The notes beneath the pieces were generated by a model. It was not told the origin of the DNA. It ran no database searches and worked only from the letters and a program-made list of their open reading frames with translations. A stretch of DNA of 64,000 nucleotides, taken from assembly GCA_964424105.1 (NCBI GenBank), contig CAYRHJ010000016.1:75520-139519 (forward strand). The letters are read 5' to 3'. This document shows positions 37,601-45,349 of this stretch, in pieces. Made by a program: the position numbers and the translations under genes. Position 1 is the stretch's first letter; each line of letters opens with the position of its first letter. The stretch comes from an uncultured Phycisphaeraceae bacterium (GTDB lineage Bacteria > Planctomycetota > Phycisphaerae > UBA1845).

Positions 37601-38511
37601 GCATGTTCGTCCAAAACGTCGATCTTTCGAATTCACGCTATCGTAGCGACGCCGGCGGCGCCGCCATCGACGAACTGGCGCTGACCGGCGTCACCGACGG
37701 CGGGAATAATACAAACTGGTTCACGCCGGCTGACGTGCCCGATGACAACGATAACGATAATGGCAACGACAACGACAACAGCAACGGCAATGGTAACAGC
37801 AACAGCAACGGCAACGGCAACAGCAACGGCAATGGTAACAGCAACGACAATGGATCAGATGACGAGCCAAACGTCGTAACGGGTAACGCGTCGGTCGGCA
37901 ATGACGGATCGGCAACCGTTGATTTGGAATCCGAAACATCCGGCGGGGCAGCCGTCCTGACCATCCGAAACGCCAACACCGGTTCGATCATCGCGACGTT
38001 GGCGGACGGCAACTTGCAGGACGATTTTGTGGGCGTGACCAACGAAGCCGCGTTGCCCTTGACCTTGCGCGTCACCGCCAACGTGACCGGTTCATTCACC
38101 GCAACCTTGGAAATCTGCTACACCGACGAGATGTTGACCGACGCCGGCCTGACAGCGGACGATCTGATCATTTACGTTTTCGAGGAACCCGATGGGCCGT
38201 GGATTCCCGCAGGCGTGGACGGTCAATATCAGGGCGATCGACCGCCCACCACGACCGTGGGCGATTTCGGTTTTGACTCGGCCACGGATTGCGTTTGGGT
38301 CGTGCGCGACACGCTTTCAGATTTCGCGGCTGGGCAGGGTGACACCGACCCGCCGGCAAATGGCAACGGGAACGGCAACGACAATGGCAATGGCGGCGGG
38401 CCCAGTCGACCCAGGCTCTGTGGCATTTTCGGCATGATCCAGCTCGGCGGCATGTTCGCAGCCCTATCGGCGCTCAAACTACAAACGCGTCGCCGATTCC
38501 CGCGACATTGA
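34618..38511 (+). CDS. giant (1297 aa) anchored surface protein: T/N/A-rich beta-helix-like repeats, N/G/D stalk, pre-anchor module, CG...RRR C-terminal tail
   Basis: GGGAGG 8 nt upstream of ATGATG, and a signal peptide. About 1000 aa of short beta-strand repeats (TLT..A...G.NTLTV) with a ~140-aa super-period. NDNDNGNDNDNSNGNGNSNSNGNGN stalk. Module ending VWVVRDTLSDFAAGQ. Tail LCGIFGMIQLGGMFAALSALKLQTRRRFPRH. Confidence 0.9.
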   Translation: MMTQQFVGAAVTCFAVSTCAATTKAVDVFVTANANISTLVTANDTKLIWTGNFTVTVDATPTFTVSGINAGGFTATIDFTANDRKVLLNSSSGNVIFDTAGGEIRAIGAGAGAQTAGFLVPANISGKIIEINATIDDADNANHWSIGNNTLLFNAASAQVGTVTIGSDGGVAKFDVDQSGTARTITPTGDFTIDLANNRILTITNALNVGANTITLASAASTTSIVANAGINLDNASSILSVTGSTTIDDLDVAASAGLTLSDGVTLTLTDAVVIGANTLTVTTASGSSVETITATGGLTLNNAASRLRVTGDTANTTVISKVDVVGADLTTGLIDVDENLQITTLTISQNATLDIASGKTLSGTCTLNAAKTLILNNTGTLGTLNTTTAAGTVQFTGAGTVTTLTNSFAGTTLDVDANATVTALAINENVTIDVANTNTLNTTATVAAAKILTTVGAGTITTVTLNGNAAELNVTTLSGAVNTLNVNVDGGILDADVACTVNEVNMTSNTGNLTVQNSAVTITSANGFKINDNQLTVSEGNGTITLASIGGTGATLDINASTAVSTLNVTDSAIIDVNTGATLTTTAVVSAAKTMTVNNTGTVTTVNLAGSAAKLLMSAAGTVNTVNVTSNGGIVDVDESCTISTIVQSPGVGDATLDVAGNKTRTGTVDINDNRLTLIGTGIPGSINMDTDGGILDVDANASPTGVTINADVTIDVAASTTLTATVNMGSRTLTLLGSGSVSRIDATNGTLTANGSTTISDLRLTLANGGTFNYGGSGNSAVTALGNSTVAFAGTFNKTGSGSLTLTNGVNSWFSRANGVEIDVTGGELIVGAAGSNDDITFDTDGDEIHVSNGSTLTTFGSWTAGQSGGNVNVDAVPGCTVNLRSAGGNESITALTDNDFKLLGQVNIDGNNGDYALAGAFTFQFGDVNIAGTNSLINNVPSSAMLFAPGAVIDLNGNAVLTINGQSAGTPITLATSDGSGDFTIDRGTSSGMFVQNVDLSNSRYRSDAGGAAIDELALTGVTDGGNNTNWFTPADVPDDNDNDNGNDNDNSNGNGNSNSNGNGNSNGNGNSNDNGSDDEPNVVTGNASVGNDGSATVDLESETSGGAAVLTIRNANTGSIIATLADGNLQDDFVGVTNEAALPLTLRVTANVTGSFTATLEICYTDEMLTDAGLTADDLIIYVFEEPDGPWIPAGVDGQYQGDRPPTTTVGDFGFDSATDCVWVVRDTLSDFAAGQGDTDPPANGNGNGNDNGNGGGPSRPRLCGIFGMIQLGGMFAALSALKLQTRRRFPRH
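37741..37860 (+). repeat. coding AAC/GGC/GAC/AGC triplet-hexamer microsatellite (N/G/D/S stalk)
   Basis: gatgacaacgataacgataatggcaacgacaacgacaacagcaacggcaatggtaacagcaacagcaacggcaacggcaacagcaacggcaatggtaacagcaacgacaatgg. It lies inside the 34618-38511 CDS. A second shorter tract lies at ~38350-38400. Confidence 0.85.
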
Positions 38512-38637
38512 CGCTATATCAACCTGCCCGCATACTGGCCACGGGCCTGCACGTCTGCACGTGCGGGCGCCACCCCGTGCGACGGCCAAATCAACCGTTG
38601 CTACGATCATTACCCTAACCAATCAACAGCAGACGAT

Positions 38638-39981
38638 ATGCTTGACATCAAATTCGTTCGCGACAACCCGGAAGGCATCAAGTCGGCCGCGAAGTTGAAA
38701 CGCATCGCCTGCGACGTCGATCGGCTGATCGAGGTTGACGCCCAACGGCGACGGATTCAATTGGAACTGGAAGTCCTGCGAACCCGCAGCCGTGAAGGTG
38801 GACAACAACTCGCCCTGTGCCGCAACCGCAAATCCGACTGGTACCAACGGGCTGTTGAACAAGGTATGACCGTAGACCAGATCAAGGCGGAGGCCAGCCG
38901 GCTGCAACAGGAACTCAACGACACGAAAACGCAAACTAAGCCGCTCGAAGAACAGGACCGACTGATCCAGGCCGATTTCGACGCGTTGATGCTGACTGTT
39001 CCGCAGCCGCCGGCGGACGATGTGCCGATCGGGAAGGACGACACGGAAAACGTGGAATTGCGACGTGTTGGTGAACCTCCGCGCTTCAATTTTGAACCGC
39101 GCGATCACGTGACGCTGGGCACGGCGCTCGGCATCATCGACATTGAGCGCGGCGTCAAGCTGGCCGGATCGCGAAACTACGTGCTGAAAGGTGACGGCAC
39201 GCTCCTGCATCAAGCCGTGTTGCGATTGGCCCAGGACATGATGGTCCAGCGCGGATTCACGCCCATGACCGTTCCGGTTCTCGTTCGCGAAGAGATGATG
39301 ACCGGCACGGGCTATTTTCCGGCGGGGCGGGATCAGGCCTATCTGTGCGAGCGTGACGAGCGGTCGCTGGTCGGAACGGCGGAGGTTTCCCTGACGGCCC
39401 TTCATTGCGACGAGATCCTGAACGAATCCGACCTGCCGCTGAAATTCTGTGCCACCAGTCCCTGTTTTCGACGCGAAGCCGGAGCGGCAGGCAAGGATAC
39501 GGCTGGCCTGTATCGTATTCACCTTTTCGACAAGGTGGAACAAGTTATCATCGGACCCAATGACGAGGAAAAGAGCAAACGGTATCACGCCGAGATTCTC
39601 GAAAACGCCGAGGACGTCGTGAAGGCATTGGAATTGCCTTATCGTGTCGTCAACGTCTGCACCGGCGATTTGGGACAGGGGCAAGTTCAAAAATTCGACA
39701 TCGAAACGTGGATGCCCTCCCGCGGTGCGTACGGCGAAACGCATTCCGCCTCGCGTTTTTATGAATTCCAGGCCAGACGGCTGCGGCTCCGATATCGCGA
39801 CCGCCAAAAAAAAGTCCGCTACTGCCATACGTTGAACAACACGGTGATCGCCTCGCCGCGCATCCTGATTCCCATTCTGGAATTGAACCAGAATTCCGAC
39901 GGTTCCATTACCATTCCCAAGGCCCTGCGGCCCTATATGCACGGAAAAGAGCGGATCGGGCCTCCATCAAGCATCAATTGA
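38638..39981 (+). CDS. serS: seryl-tRNA synthetase
   Basis: MLDIKFVRDNPE N-terminus with a coiled-coil arm. Class II motifs TSPCFRREAGAAGKDTAGLYRIHLFDKVE, GETHSASRFYEFQARRL and HTLNNTVIASPRILIPILE. Confidence 0.96.
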   Translation: MLDIKFVRDNPEGIKSAAKLKRIACDVDRLIEVDAQRRRIQLELEVLRTRSREGGQQLALCRNRKSDWYQRAVEQGMTVDQIKAEASRLQQELNDTKTQTKPLEEQDRLIQADFDALMLTVPQPPADDVPIGKDDTENVELRRVGEPPRFNFEPRDHVTLGTALGIIDIERGVKLAGSRNYVLKGDGTLLHQAVLRLAQDMMVQRGFTPMTVPVLVREEMMTGTGYFPAGRDQAYLCERDERSLVGTAEVSLTALHCDEILNESDLPLKFCATSPCFRREAGAAGKDTAGLYRIHLFDKVEQVIIGPNDEEKSKRYHAEILENAEDVVKALELPYRVVNVCTGDLGQGQVQKFDIETWMPSRGAYGETHSASRFYEFQARRLRLRYRDRQKKVRYCHTLNNTVIASPRILIPILELNQNSDGSITIPKALRPYMHGKERIGPPSSIN

Positions 39982-40044
39982 GCCTTCGAGCATCGAAGCG
40001 GTTTGGCAAACACGATAGAACACTAAGAACGCCTGACATTATCA

Positions 40045-40122
40045 GAGCCGCGACCGTGAGGGAGCGGTCTTCCGATCCATTCGAATGGCGGGTCGGCCAT
40101 TGTGTTAGGCGCTCTAAATTGG
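40045..40122. repeat. second intergenic repeat family (GAGCCGCGACCGTNAGGGNGCGG ... TTAGGCGCTCTA)
   Basis: gagccgcgaccgtgagggagcgg at 40045-40067, plus ttaggcgctctaaattgg at 40105-40122. The paralogous copy at 44302-44369 reads gagccgcgaccgtcagggtgcgg ... ttaggcgctctaggtgg. Reverse-orientation core copies lie at 12566-12588 and 57279-57301. Confidence 0.75.
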
Positions 40123-40207
40123 CCGGTCAAAAAATCGGCGCATCACGAAATGGTCCGGTCACGAAATTGGCGCGTTACGAAATTGGCGCGTCACGAAATC
40201 GGACCGC
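40112..40207. repeat. 16-bp tandem array, 6 units
   Basis: Units: ctctaaattggccggt / caaaaaatcggcgcat / cacgaaatggtccggt / cacgaaattggcgcgt / tacgaaattggcgcgt / cacgaaatcggaccgc. The array ends 36 nt before the ATG at 40243. Confidence 0.85.
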
Positions 40208-40242
40208 ACCGCGACACATGCGGATTGAACGGAGCCCCGTTG

Positions 40243-41115
40243 ATGAATCCATTCACGAGTTCAATCGTCGCAATCGTCATTCGAATGACACTGCCATTAG
40301 CCCTGATGTTTAGCGTCACGCCCATCCAAGCGCAACCCCATCAAAACCCAACACCACGCCGCGCTTCCGCAATGCCCCAGCCGACCGGCGCCGCATCAGC
40401 CCAGATCAGCCCCGCGCCTGCCCTCGCGTTCCTATCCCAGCAGGTCAAGAACGTCGATTGGCATGATGCGCGCTTGGCCGAGGTCCTGGATTGGTTTCAA
40501 CAGCAAATCCGATCCAAGACTGCCATCAACATCATCCCCCGCTGGCGAGCATTGCAGGCCGCCGGCGTGTCATTGGAAACGCCCGTCAATTTGACGCTAT
40601 CCAACGTGTCCATCGAAACCGTGCTGCGTGAAGTGCTGGACCAATTGTCGGGGGCTGACCCGCTCGAATTCGTTCTGGATGGAAACATCATTCGCATTTC
40701 CACCCGCTCCGCGTTGCGTGGAAAACTGATTACGCGCACCTACGACATCCGCGGCTTGCTGGCCCAAGCCAAGGCCAACGCCGTTCAACCAGCCATGATC
40801 ATCGGGCCGCAGACAACCATTCCCGGCATCACCGGAACGACCGGTGGTGGAATCGGCGGAACCACCAACACGCTCAACCTCGGAACCGTGTTTTTCGGCG
40901 ACGTGGATCAAGACGATCAGGCCATCGACGACGAGGAAATCGAAGATCGATTCACCGAACGATTGACACGATTGATCACGACGACAATCGCGCCCCAATC
41001 CTGGGACGTGAATGGTGGCACGGGATCGTTGTCGATTTTCGAAGGCATGCTCATCGTTCGAAATTCCGCCGACGTTCACGCCCAACTGGCCGGTGGTCCG
41101 CAGGCGGCACCGTAG
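40243..41115 (+). CDS. hypothetical secreted protein (possible secretin-N/STN-like fold)
   Basis: Signal peptide MNPFTSSIVAIVIRMTLPLALMFSVTPIQA. The segment VDWHDARLAEVLDWFQQQ...VNLTLSNVSIETVLREVLDQL...FVLDGNIIRIST resembles N0/STN-type domains, but this is tentative. The ORF is open from 40102. Confidence 0.6.
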   Translation: MNPFTSSIVAIVIRMTLPLALMFSVTPIQAQPHQNPTPRRASAMPQPTGAASAQISPAPALAFLSQQVKNVDWHDARLAEVLDWFQQQIRSKTAINIIPRWRALQAAGVSLETPVNLTLSNVSIETVLREVLDQLSGADPLEFVLDGNIIRISTRSALRGKLITRTYDIRGLLAQAKANAVQPAMIIGPQTTIPGITGTTGGGIGGTTNTLNLGTVFFGDVDQDDQAIDDEEIEDRFTERLTRLITTTIAPQSWDVNGGTGSLSIFEGMLIVRNSADVHAQLAGGPQAAP

Positions 41116-41159
41116 TTCAGCGCATCGCGACACGCATTAAACCACGATTGACGCGGTGT

Positions 41160-42785
41160 TCATTCATCGGAACCGCCCAATTCAAGCACGAACGACCGAT
41201 GGGCGTCGGTCACCAGCCACCGTTCCTTGCGGTCCGTCCGTTCCCAACGTCGTACGGCTTCATCACGTTTAATGAAGTCATACTGATTGAGGCGAACGCA
41301 AAACTCGTTAAATCGACCCCAGACCTCGCGGTCCGCCGACTGAAATTCCCGCGGCGTCATGCCCGAAAACGCCGCCACGTACAAATCCCACCCATTCCCG
41401 GACGGCTCGATACACACCCGATCGTACTGACTTTCCACCTCGCCAAGCCACAAACCCAATTCAACCCATTCGGGCTGTTGCCCGGCATGAATCAATTCCG
41501 GCGATCGAGTGTAGGCCCGAACATGATACGCGCCGAATATCAGCAGCATCCCGATCGCGGTCGCCGTGGCGACATTCGCCAGTCTCGATTGGCTGATGCC
41601 GAACAAGTCGCGCGGTCGGCGGTCGAGCATCCACCGCACCCACGCCCCACCTTGCATCATCCCCAATACCACAATCATGGGAAACAGCACCGCACATCCC
41701 GACGCACGCAACGCGTGCGGGTTCGTCTTCGTCACCGCCGCCGGGCTGATGCACGCGACAATCGCCACCAGAAGTACCATTCGGTCCCATCGCGACCATT
41801 GCGAGCCGGGCCAAACCAACCCGACGATACCAACGAAGAAAAACGGAAGCGCAATCGGAGTGCATCGCCCTGCCGCGCCCTTGTTCGGAATCCCAAATTC
41901 AAGAAACAAATAATGCGGATTTAGATTCGCCACAAAATTGCTCGCAAAGGTCAGAATCGCATCCGAGACACTGAAGAACTCGAAAAACACGGGTACCGAT
42001 CGACCCATGAACGTCACAGGATCTCGGCTGTACGCGTATATCTGCGGGCCCGCCCCAATGACCAGGCTCCCCACGAAAACAACGACGCACGTCAGAACCT
42101 GCCGGACTCCATCCCGGCTGATCCACAAATGCACCACGAGAATCACGAATACAGCCGCGGCCCAGACCAGTGCGCTCACCCGCGAAGCCCCGTAGGCGTT
42201 TGTCGAAAGCCCGATGATCAAAGCCGTCAACGCCCATTTCCACAGACGCCGACTCGCCGTCGTCCCCGCAGCCATCGTTGCCGCACGAAACGACAGAAGA
42301 ATCAGCACGGTGAACAACCCGGGCAATACCGTGCCCTCAAGTGCTGACCGGGAGAAGGAAACGTGCCAAGGATCGACGGCCAGCATGGCTGTCAGAATCA
42401 ATGCCCCGTGACGTCCCAAGACCCGTCGTCCCCAAATGGCCGCCAAGATGACGCTCAACACACCCAAACCACCCGCCACCGCCCGACATCCAACGACGGA
42501 AAGCCCAGTCCATTTCGAAACGCCGGCACACAGCCACGCGAACATGGCCGGTCGATTGTCAGCCGGTCCAAAACCGTAGCATATGATTGGCCAGCGGCGC
42601 CCCGACCGATCGGCACCAGTCTCCGCGATGCTCCAGCCATCATAGACGTTGGACAATTCATCGTGATTAACGGGAACCGGGTACCGATCCAACGCGTAAA
42701 GGCGAACGAAAGCGGCGATCATCACCAGCCCGCCGAAGGCCCACCACCACGCGCCGTTTCGTTCCGAAGTGTCACCGACTTTCAT
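41160..42785 (-). CDS. glycosyltransferase family 39 (ArnT/PMT-like) membrane protein
   Basis: 541 aa polytopic protein. The N-terminus FVRLYALDRYPVPVNHDELSNVYDGWSIAETGADRSGRRWP is typical of GT39/PMT_2 enzymes. Confidence 0.85.
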   Translation of the reverse strand: MKVGDTSERNGAWWWAFGGLVMIAAFVRLYALDRYPVPVNHDELSNVYDGWSIAETGADRSGRRWPIICYGFGPADNRPAMFAWLCAGVSKWTGLSVVGCRAVAGGLGVLSVILAAIWGRRVLGRHGALILTAMLAVDPWHVSFSRSALEGTVLPGLFTVLILLSFRAATMAAGTTASRRLWKWALTALIIGLSTNAYGASRVSALVWAAAVFVILVVHLWISRDGVRQVLTCVVVFVGSLVIGAGPQIYAYSRDPVTFMGRSVPVFFEFFSVSDAILTFASNFVANLNPHYLFLEFGIPNKGAAGRCTPIALPFFFVGIVGLVWPGSQWSRWDRMVLLVAIVACISPAAVTKTNPHALRASGCAVLFPMIVVLGMMQGGAWVRWMLDRRPRDLFGISQSRLANVATATAIGMLLIFGAYHVRAYTRSPELIHAGQQPEWVELGLWLGEVESQYDRVCIEPSGNGWDLYVAAFSGMTPREFQSADREVWGRFNEFCVRLNQYDFIKRDEAVRRWERTDRKERWLVTDAHRSFVLELGGSDE

Positions 42786-42920
42786 TCAAAAACGACTCCC
42801 CGCGATATTCGAGTCTCGTGCGAATGAAAGAATTGGAACGACGTAAACGCGATGGGGCAAGCACGCCGTCCGATTGACGTTAAAACGGCGCAATGTGGTT
42901 GGTTCGTTATCGCCGTACAG

Positions 42921-42950
42921 CCGTCACCCCGGCGAAAGCCGGGGTCCAGG
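42921..42950. repeat. short hairpin repeat of the same family, opposite orientation (GTCACCCCGGCGAAAGCCGGGGTCCAG)
   Basis: ccccggc-gaaa-gccgggg stem-loop in the GT39/DUF1559 intergenic gap. A degenerate copy, gtcattctcgcgaaagccggaatccag, lies at 44479-44505. Confidence 0.7.
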
Positions 42951-43034
42951 CAGGATCGTTGCGGTTTCCCGCACGCGCGCGAAAGACGACCGTCGTTCAT
43001 TTGACCAATTCAATGATCAATCGATCGCGCCACC

Positions 43035-44084
43035 TCAGCGGCCAACCACATAGTTGAATTGGCTGTCGAATCGACCCTGCACGGCCCGCTTGGAAGGGTC
43101 GTTCAATTCGGGGGATGGGATGACGGTTCCCTTGGGCCACCAGCGGTCCGGCTGCCGAGACTCGCTTTCCGAAATAATCTCCGCGTGCCCGTCGAAATAG
43201 TTGACCACCATACCCCGTTCACCCTTGGCATGGTGACGATACCCATACTTTCCCAGTTGCTTATTGAAATGGTACGACGAAAGCACGAACTGTATTCCGT
43301 CCCATTCTCGCAACGTCGGTCCGCCGTTGCAGAACGCTCCGCCGTCCAGCGCATCCCATTCCAGGTCATACGTGACTCGACCGTCGGCCTCGGTAAATCG
43401 ATTTCCGTCTGCCAAATAGACTTTTGCGGACGCGTTGGTGATGCGATTGATGTTCGGCGCGTACTGCTTCGGCTGAAGCGTTCGACCTCCGATTCGATCG
43501 AAGCTCGCTTCGGGATGCGGTGCTCGCACGCCCCACGGCTTCGCGGGGTTGCGATCCACCATCGTCCGCGACCACATCAGAAAATTGCGAAACGTATTAT
43601 AGCTGACCATGGGAAGTCGCTTGTAGGAGCCGACCTCCGCAGGAAACGGGTCAGCCTCAAACGAGTTCGACGGACACCGGAACACCCCGCCCAGCGTTGT
43701 TTCGTATCGTTCCGCACGATTTGCCGACAACGACCATTTCATATATCGCGCCGCCAGCGGGCCTGCCCAATCCCAGATTTGCGACGGGTCCATCGCAAAT
43801 TGCTCATCCGCGGGATCAGGCCTGGGGTTCAACTGATACATCACGCTCCCACTCGTTCCGGGAGACCCGCACAACCACCCATCCCATTCCGCCGTGTAAC
43901 CAGCCGCCGCCTTGGCGATGCCGCTCGTCGATGCGCTGCACACCACGACCTTGGCTTGTTCACGCGCGGACTTGAACGATGGCAGGAGCATCCCCAGCAA
44001 CAAAACAATCAGCGTCACCACGACCAGCATTTCGATCAGGCTGAAGGCAGCGAGCCGCGAACGGGTGCGACACCGATTCGGCAT
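43035..44084 (-). CDS. DUF1559 protein with an N-terminal prepilin-type cleavage/methylation motif
   Basis: AFSLIEMLVVVTLIVLLLGMLLPS prepilin-like N-terminus. The C-terminal NYFDGHAE region is typical of the Planctomycete DUF1559/H-X9-DG-type family. Start set at MPNRCR; the ORF is open to 44147. Confidence 0.85.
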   Translation of the reverse strand: MPNRCRTRSRLAAFSLIEMLVVVTLIVLLLGMLLPSFKSAREQAKVVVCSASTSGIAKAAAGYTAEWDGWLCGSPGTSGSVMYQLNPRPDPADEQFAMDPSQIWDWAGPLAARYMKWSLSANRAERYETTLGGVFRCPSNSFEADPFPAEVGSYKRLPMVSYNTFRNFLMWSRTMVDRNPAKPWGVRAPHPEASFDRIGGRTLQPKQYAPNINRITNASAKVYLADGNRFTEADGRVTYDLEWDALDGGAFCNGGPTLREWDGIQFVLSSYHFNKQLGKYGYRHHAKGERGMVVNYFDGHAEIISESESRQPDRWWPKGTVIPSPELNDPSKRAVQGRFDSQFNYVVGR

Positions 44085-44644
44085 GACGGAATGGTCATCG
44101 CAACGCGAGGTGAAATACATGACGGCGACGCAATCAGGAGCTTGCACGGGCCAAATCCAGAATCCTCAACCTGCTCGATTGTTGCCGACGCGCGACATGC
44201 GGAACAGGGTCGGCTCCAATCGAGTGCGGCATTGTACCCATCGGCCCATCACCATGTCGAGAAACATTTTTGATCGCCTGGTAATTGCGTCTACATTAAC
44301 CGAGCCGCGACCGTCAGGGTGCGGGGTTTGGGCCGATTTCGCGCGGGTTGATTTAGGCGCTCTAGGTGGATTTGGGCAGAATGGGAATGGCGGGAAACTC
44401 TATCCGGCGCAGCAAGTGTCTAACACCTGTCCCTCCGTCTTTCCTAGCGAACCAAAGTTGCACGCGCCGGCGTTGAACGTCATTCTCGCGAAAGCCGGAA
44501 TCCAGAACGCTGTTCATGCCTGCCTGTCAGCAGACAACGCCGCCCATCTGCGAGGGTGTAACGAACGCCCGACAATGGAAAGTCCCTGATAGGTTGCGCT
44601 TCGTTCAGCATGACCGCCCGAACGCCCCGTATTCCATGCCACCG

Positions 44645-45349
44645 TCAGTTATTCCTCACAAGCTGGACGGAAGAGGCCACCGCCGTCAAAAGCTCGACAT
44701 CGCGACGGCTGCGGGGCGGATCGACGACCAGGCTGATACAGTAACCAACGCCGTCGACCAATCCAGCCATGACCAGAATTCCTCGCTCGAAATCTTCCGC
44801 GAAAGCGCCGGGCAAAGGCCCCATTTCAGTTGGCACGGTCAAGACAGGCGGCGCGAACAGGCCGCGGAGACCGGGATGAGTCAAGCGACGCAAATACATC
44901 AACGCTAACGAATCGGGGGTCAATCGATCGGAGTTGACCAGGCGTTCAACGATCAACAAGTGACGCGTTCCTTCCGCATGGGTCGTCTCGAATGCGATCG
45001 CATCATCGGTCGTGTTTGCAAAGACGGGTTTCCATTCGCGGGGCGGTGCGAATCGGACCGCCCAACCATCGGGTTGCATGGGATCGGCCAACGGAAATGA
45101 CTTCTTCGTCCAACTGACCCACGTCGCCATCCCCACTGTTCCCGCAAGTAGGAACAGAGAGAAGATGGCCGGTTTGCGTTGCAAAATACTGATTCCGAAT
45201 TTCCACTTTCGACCGCGACGCCCGGTTGGGGACGTAAACACACTGCCACCATGCCCAACCGACGACTCCGTCAGGCGTGAAGTCGCACTTGTAACGCCGT
45301 CCTCCCAAATCCACAACCACTGACCGTGGCACCATTGACCAAGGTACAC
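44645..45349 (-). CDS. hypothetical single-pass membrane protein
   Basis: TM helix AIFSLFLLAGTVGMATWVSW followed by a globular-looking domain. Start uncertain; an in-frame GTG at 45241 gives a more typical N-terminus. No family recognised. Confidence 0.5.
   Translation of the reverse strand: MYLGQWCHGQWLWIWEDGVTSATSRLTESSVGHGGSVFTSPTGRRGRKWKFGISILQRKPAIFSLFLLAGTVGMATWVSWTKKSFPLADPMQPDGWAVRFAPPREWKPVFANTTDDAIAFETTHAEGTRHLLIVERLVNSDRLTPDSLALMYLRRLTHPGLRGLFAPPVLTVPTEMGPLPGAFAEDFERGILVMAGLVDGVGYCISLVVDPPRSRRDVELLTAVASSVQLVRNN

Noticed and set aside
17726-38511. The giant-gene island as a horizontally acquired mobile element
   Set aside because: I found no integrase, transposase or flanking tRNA, and no flanking direct repeats. 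A paralog (3365-5548) and PEP-CTERM genes lie outside the island. Composition looks similar to the rest of the window by eye, but I could not compute it.
38623-39942. 439-aa minus-strand ORF
   Set aside because: It is antisense to serS, whose class II aaRS motifs are clear. The translation has no recognisable features.
40112-40207. Possibility that the tandem arrays (16 bp x6; 22 bp x3.5 at 62781-62860; 88-bp period at 52454-52595) are CRISPR arrays
   Set aside because: The units abut directly with no unique spacers, or there are only two copies. Unit lengths are atypical and no cas genes are present in the window.
43059-44273. 404-aa plus-strand ORF
   Set aside because: It is antisense to the DUF1559 prepilin-like gene and has no recognisable features.
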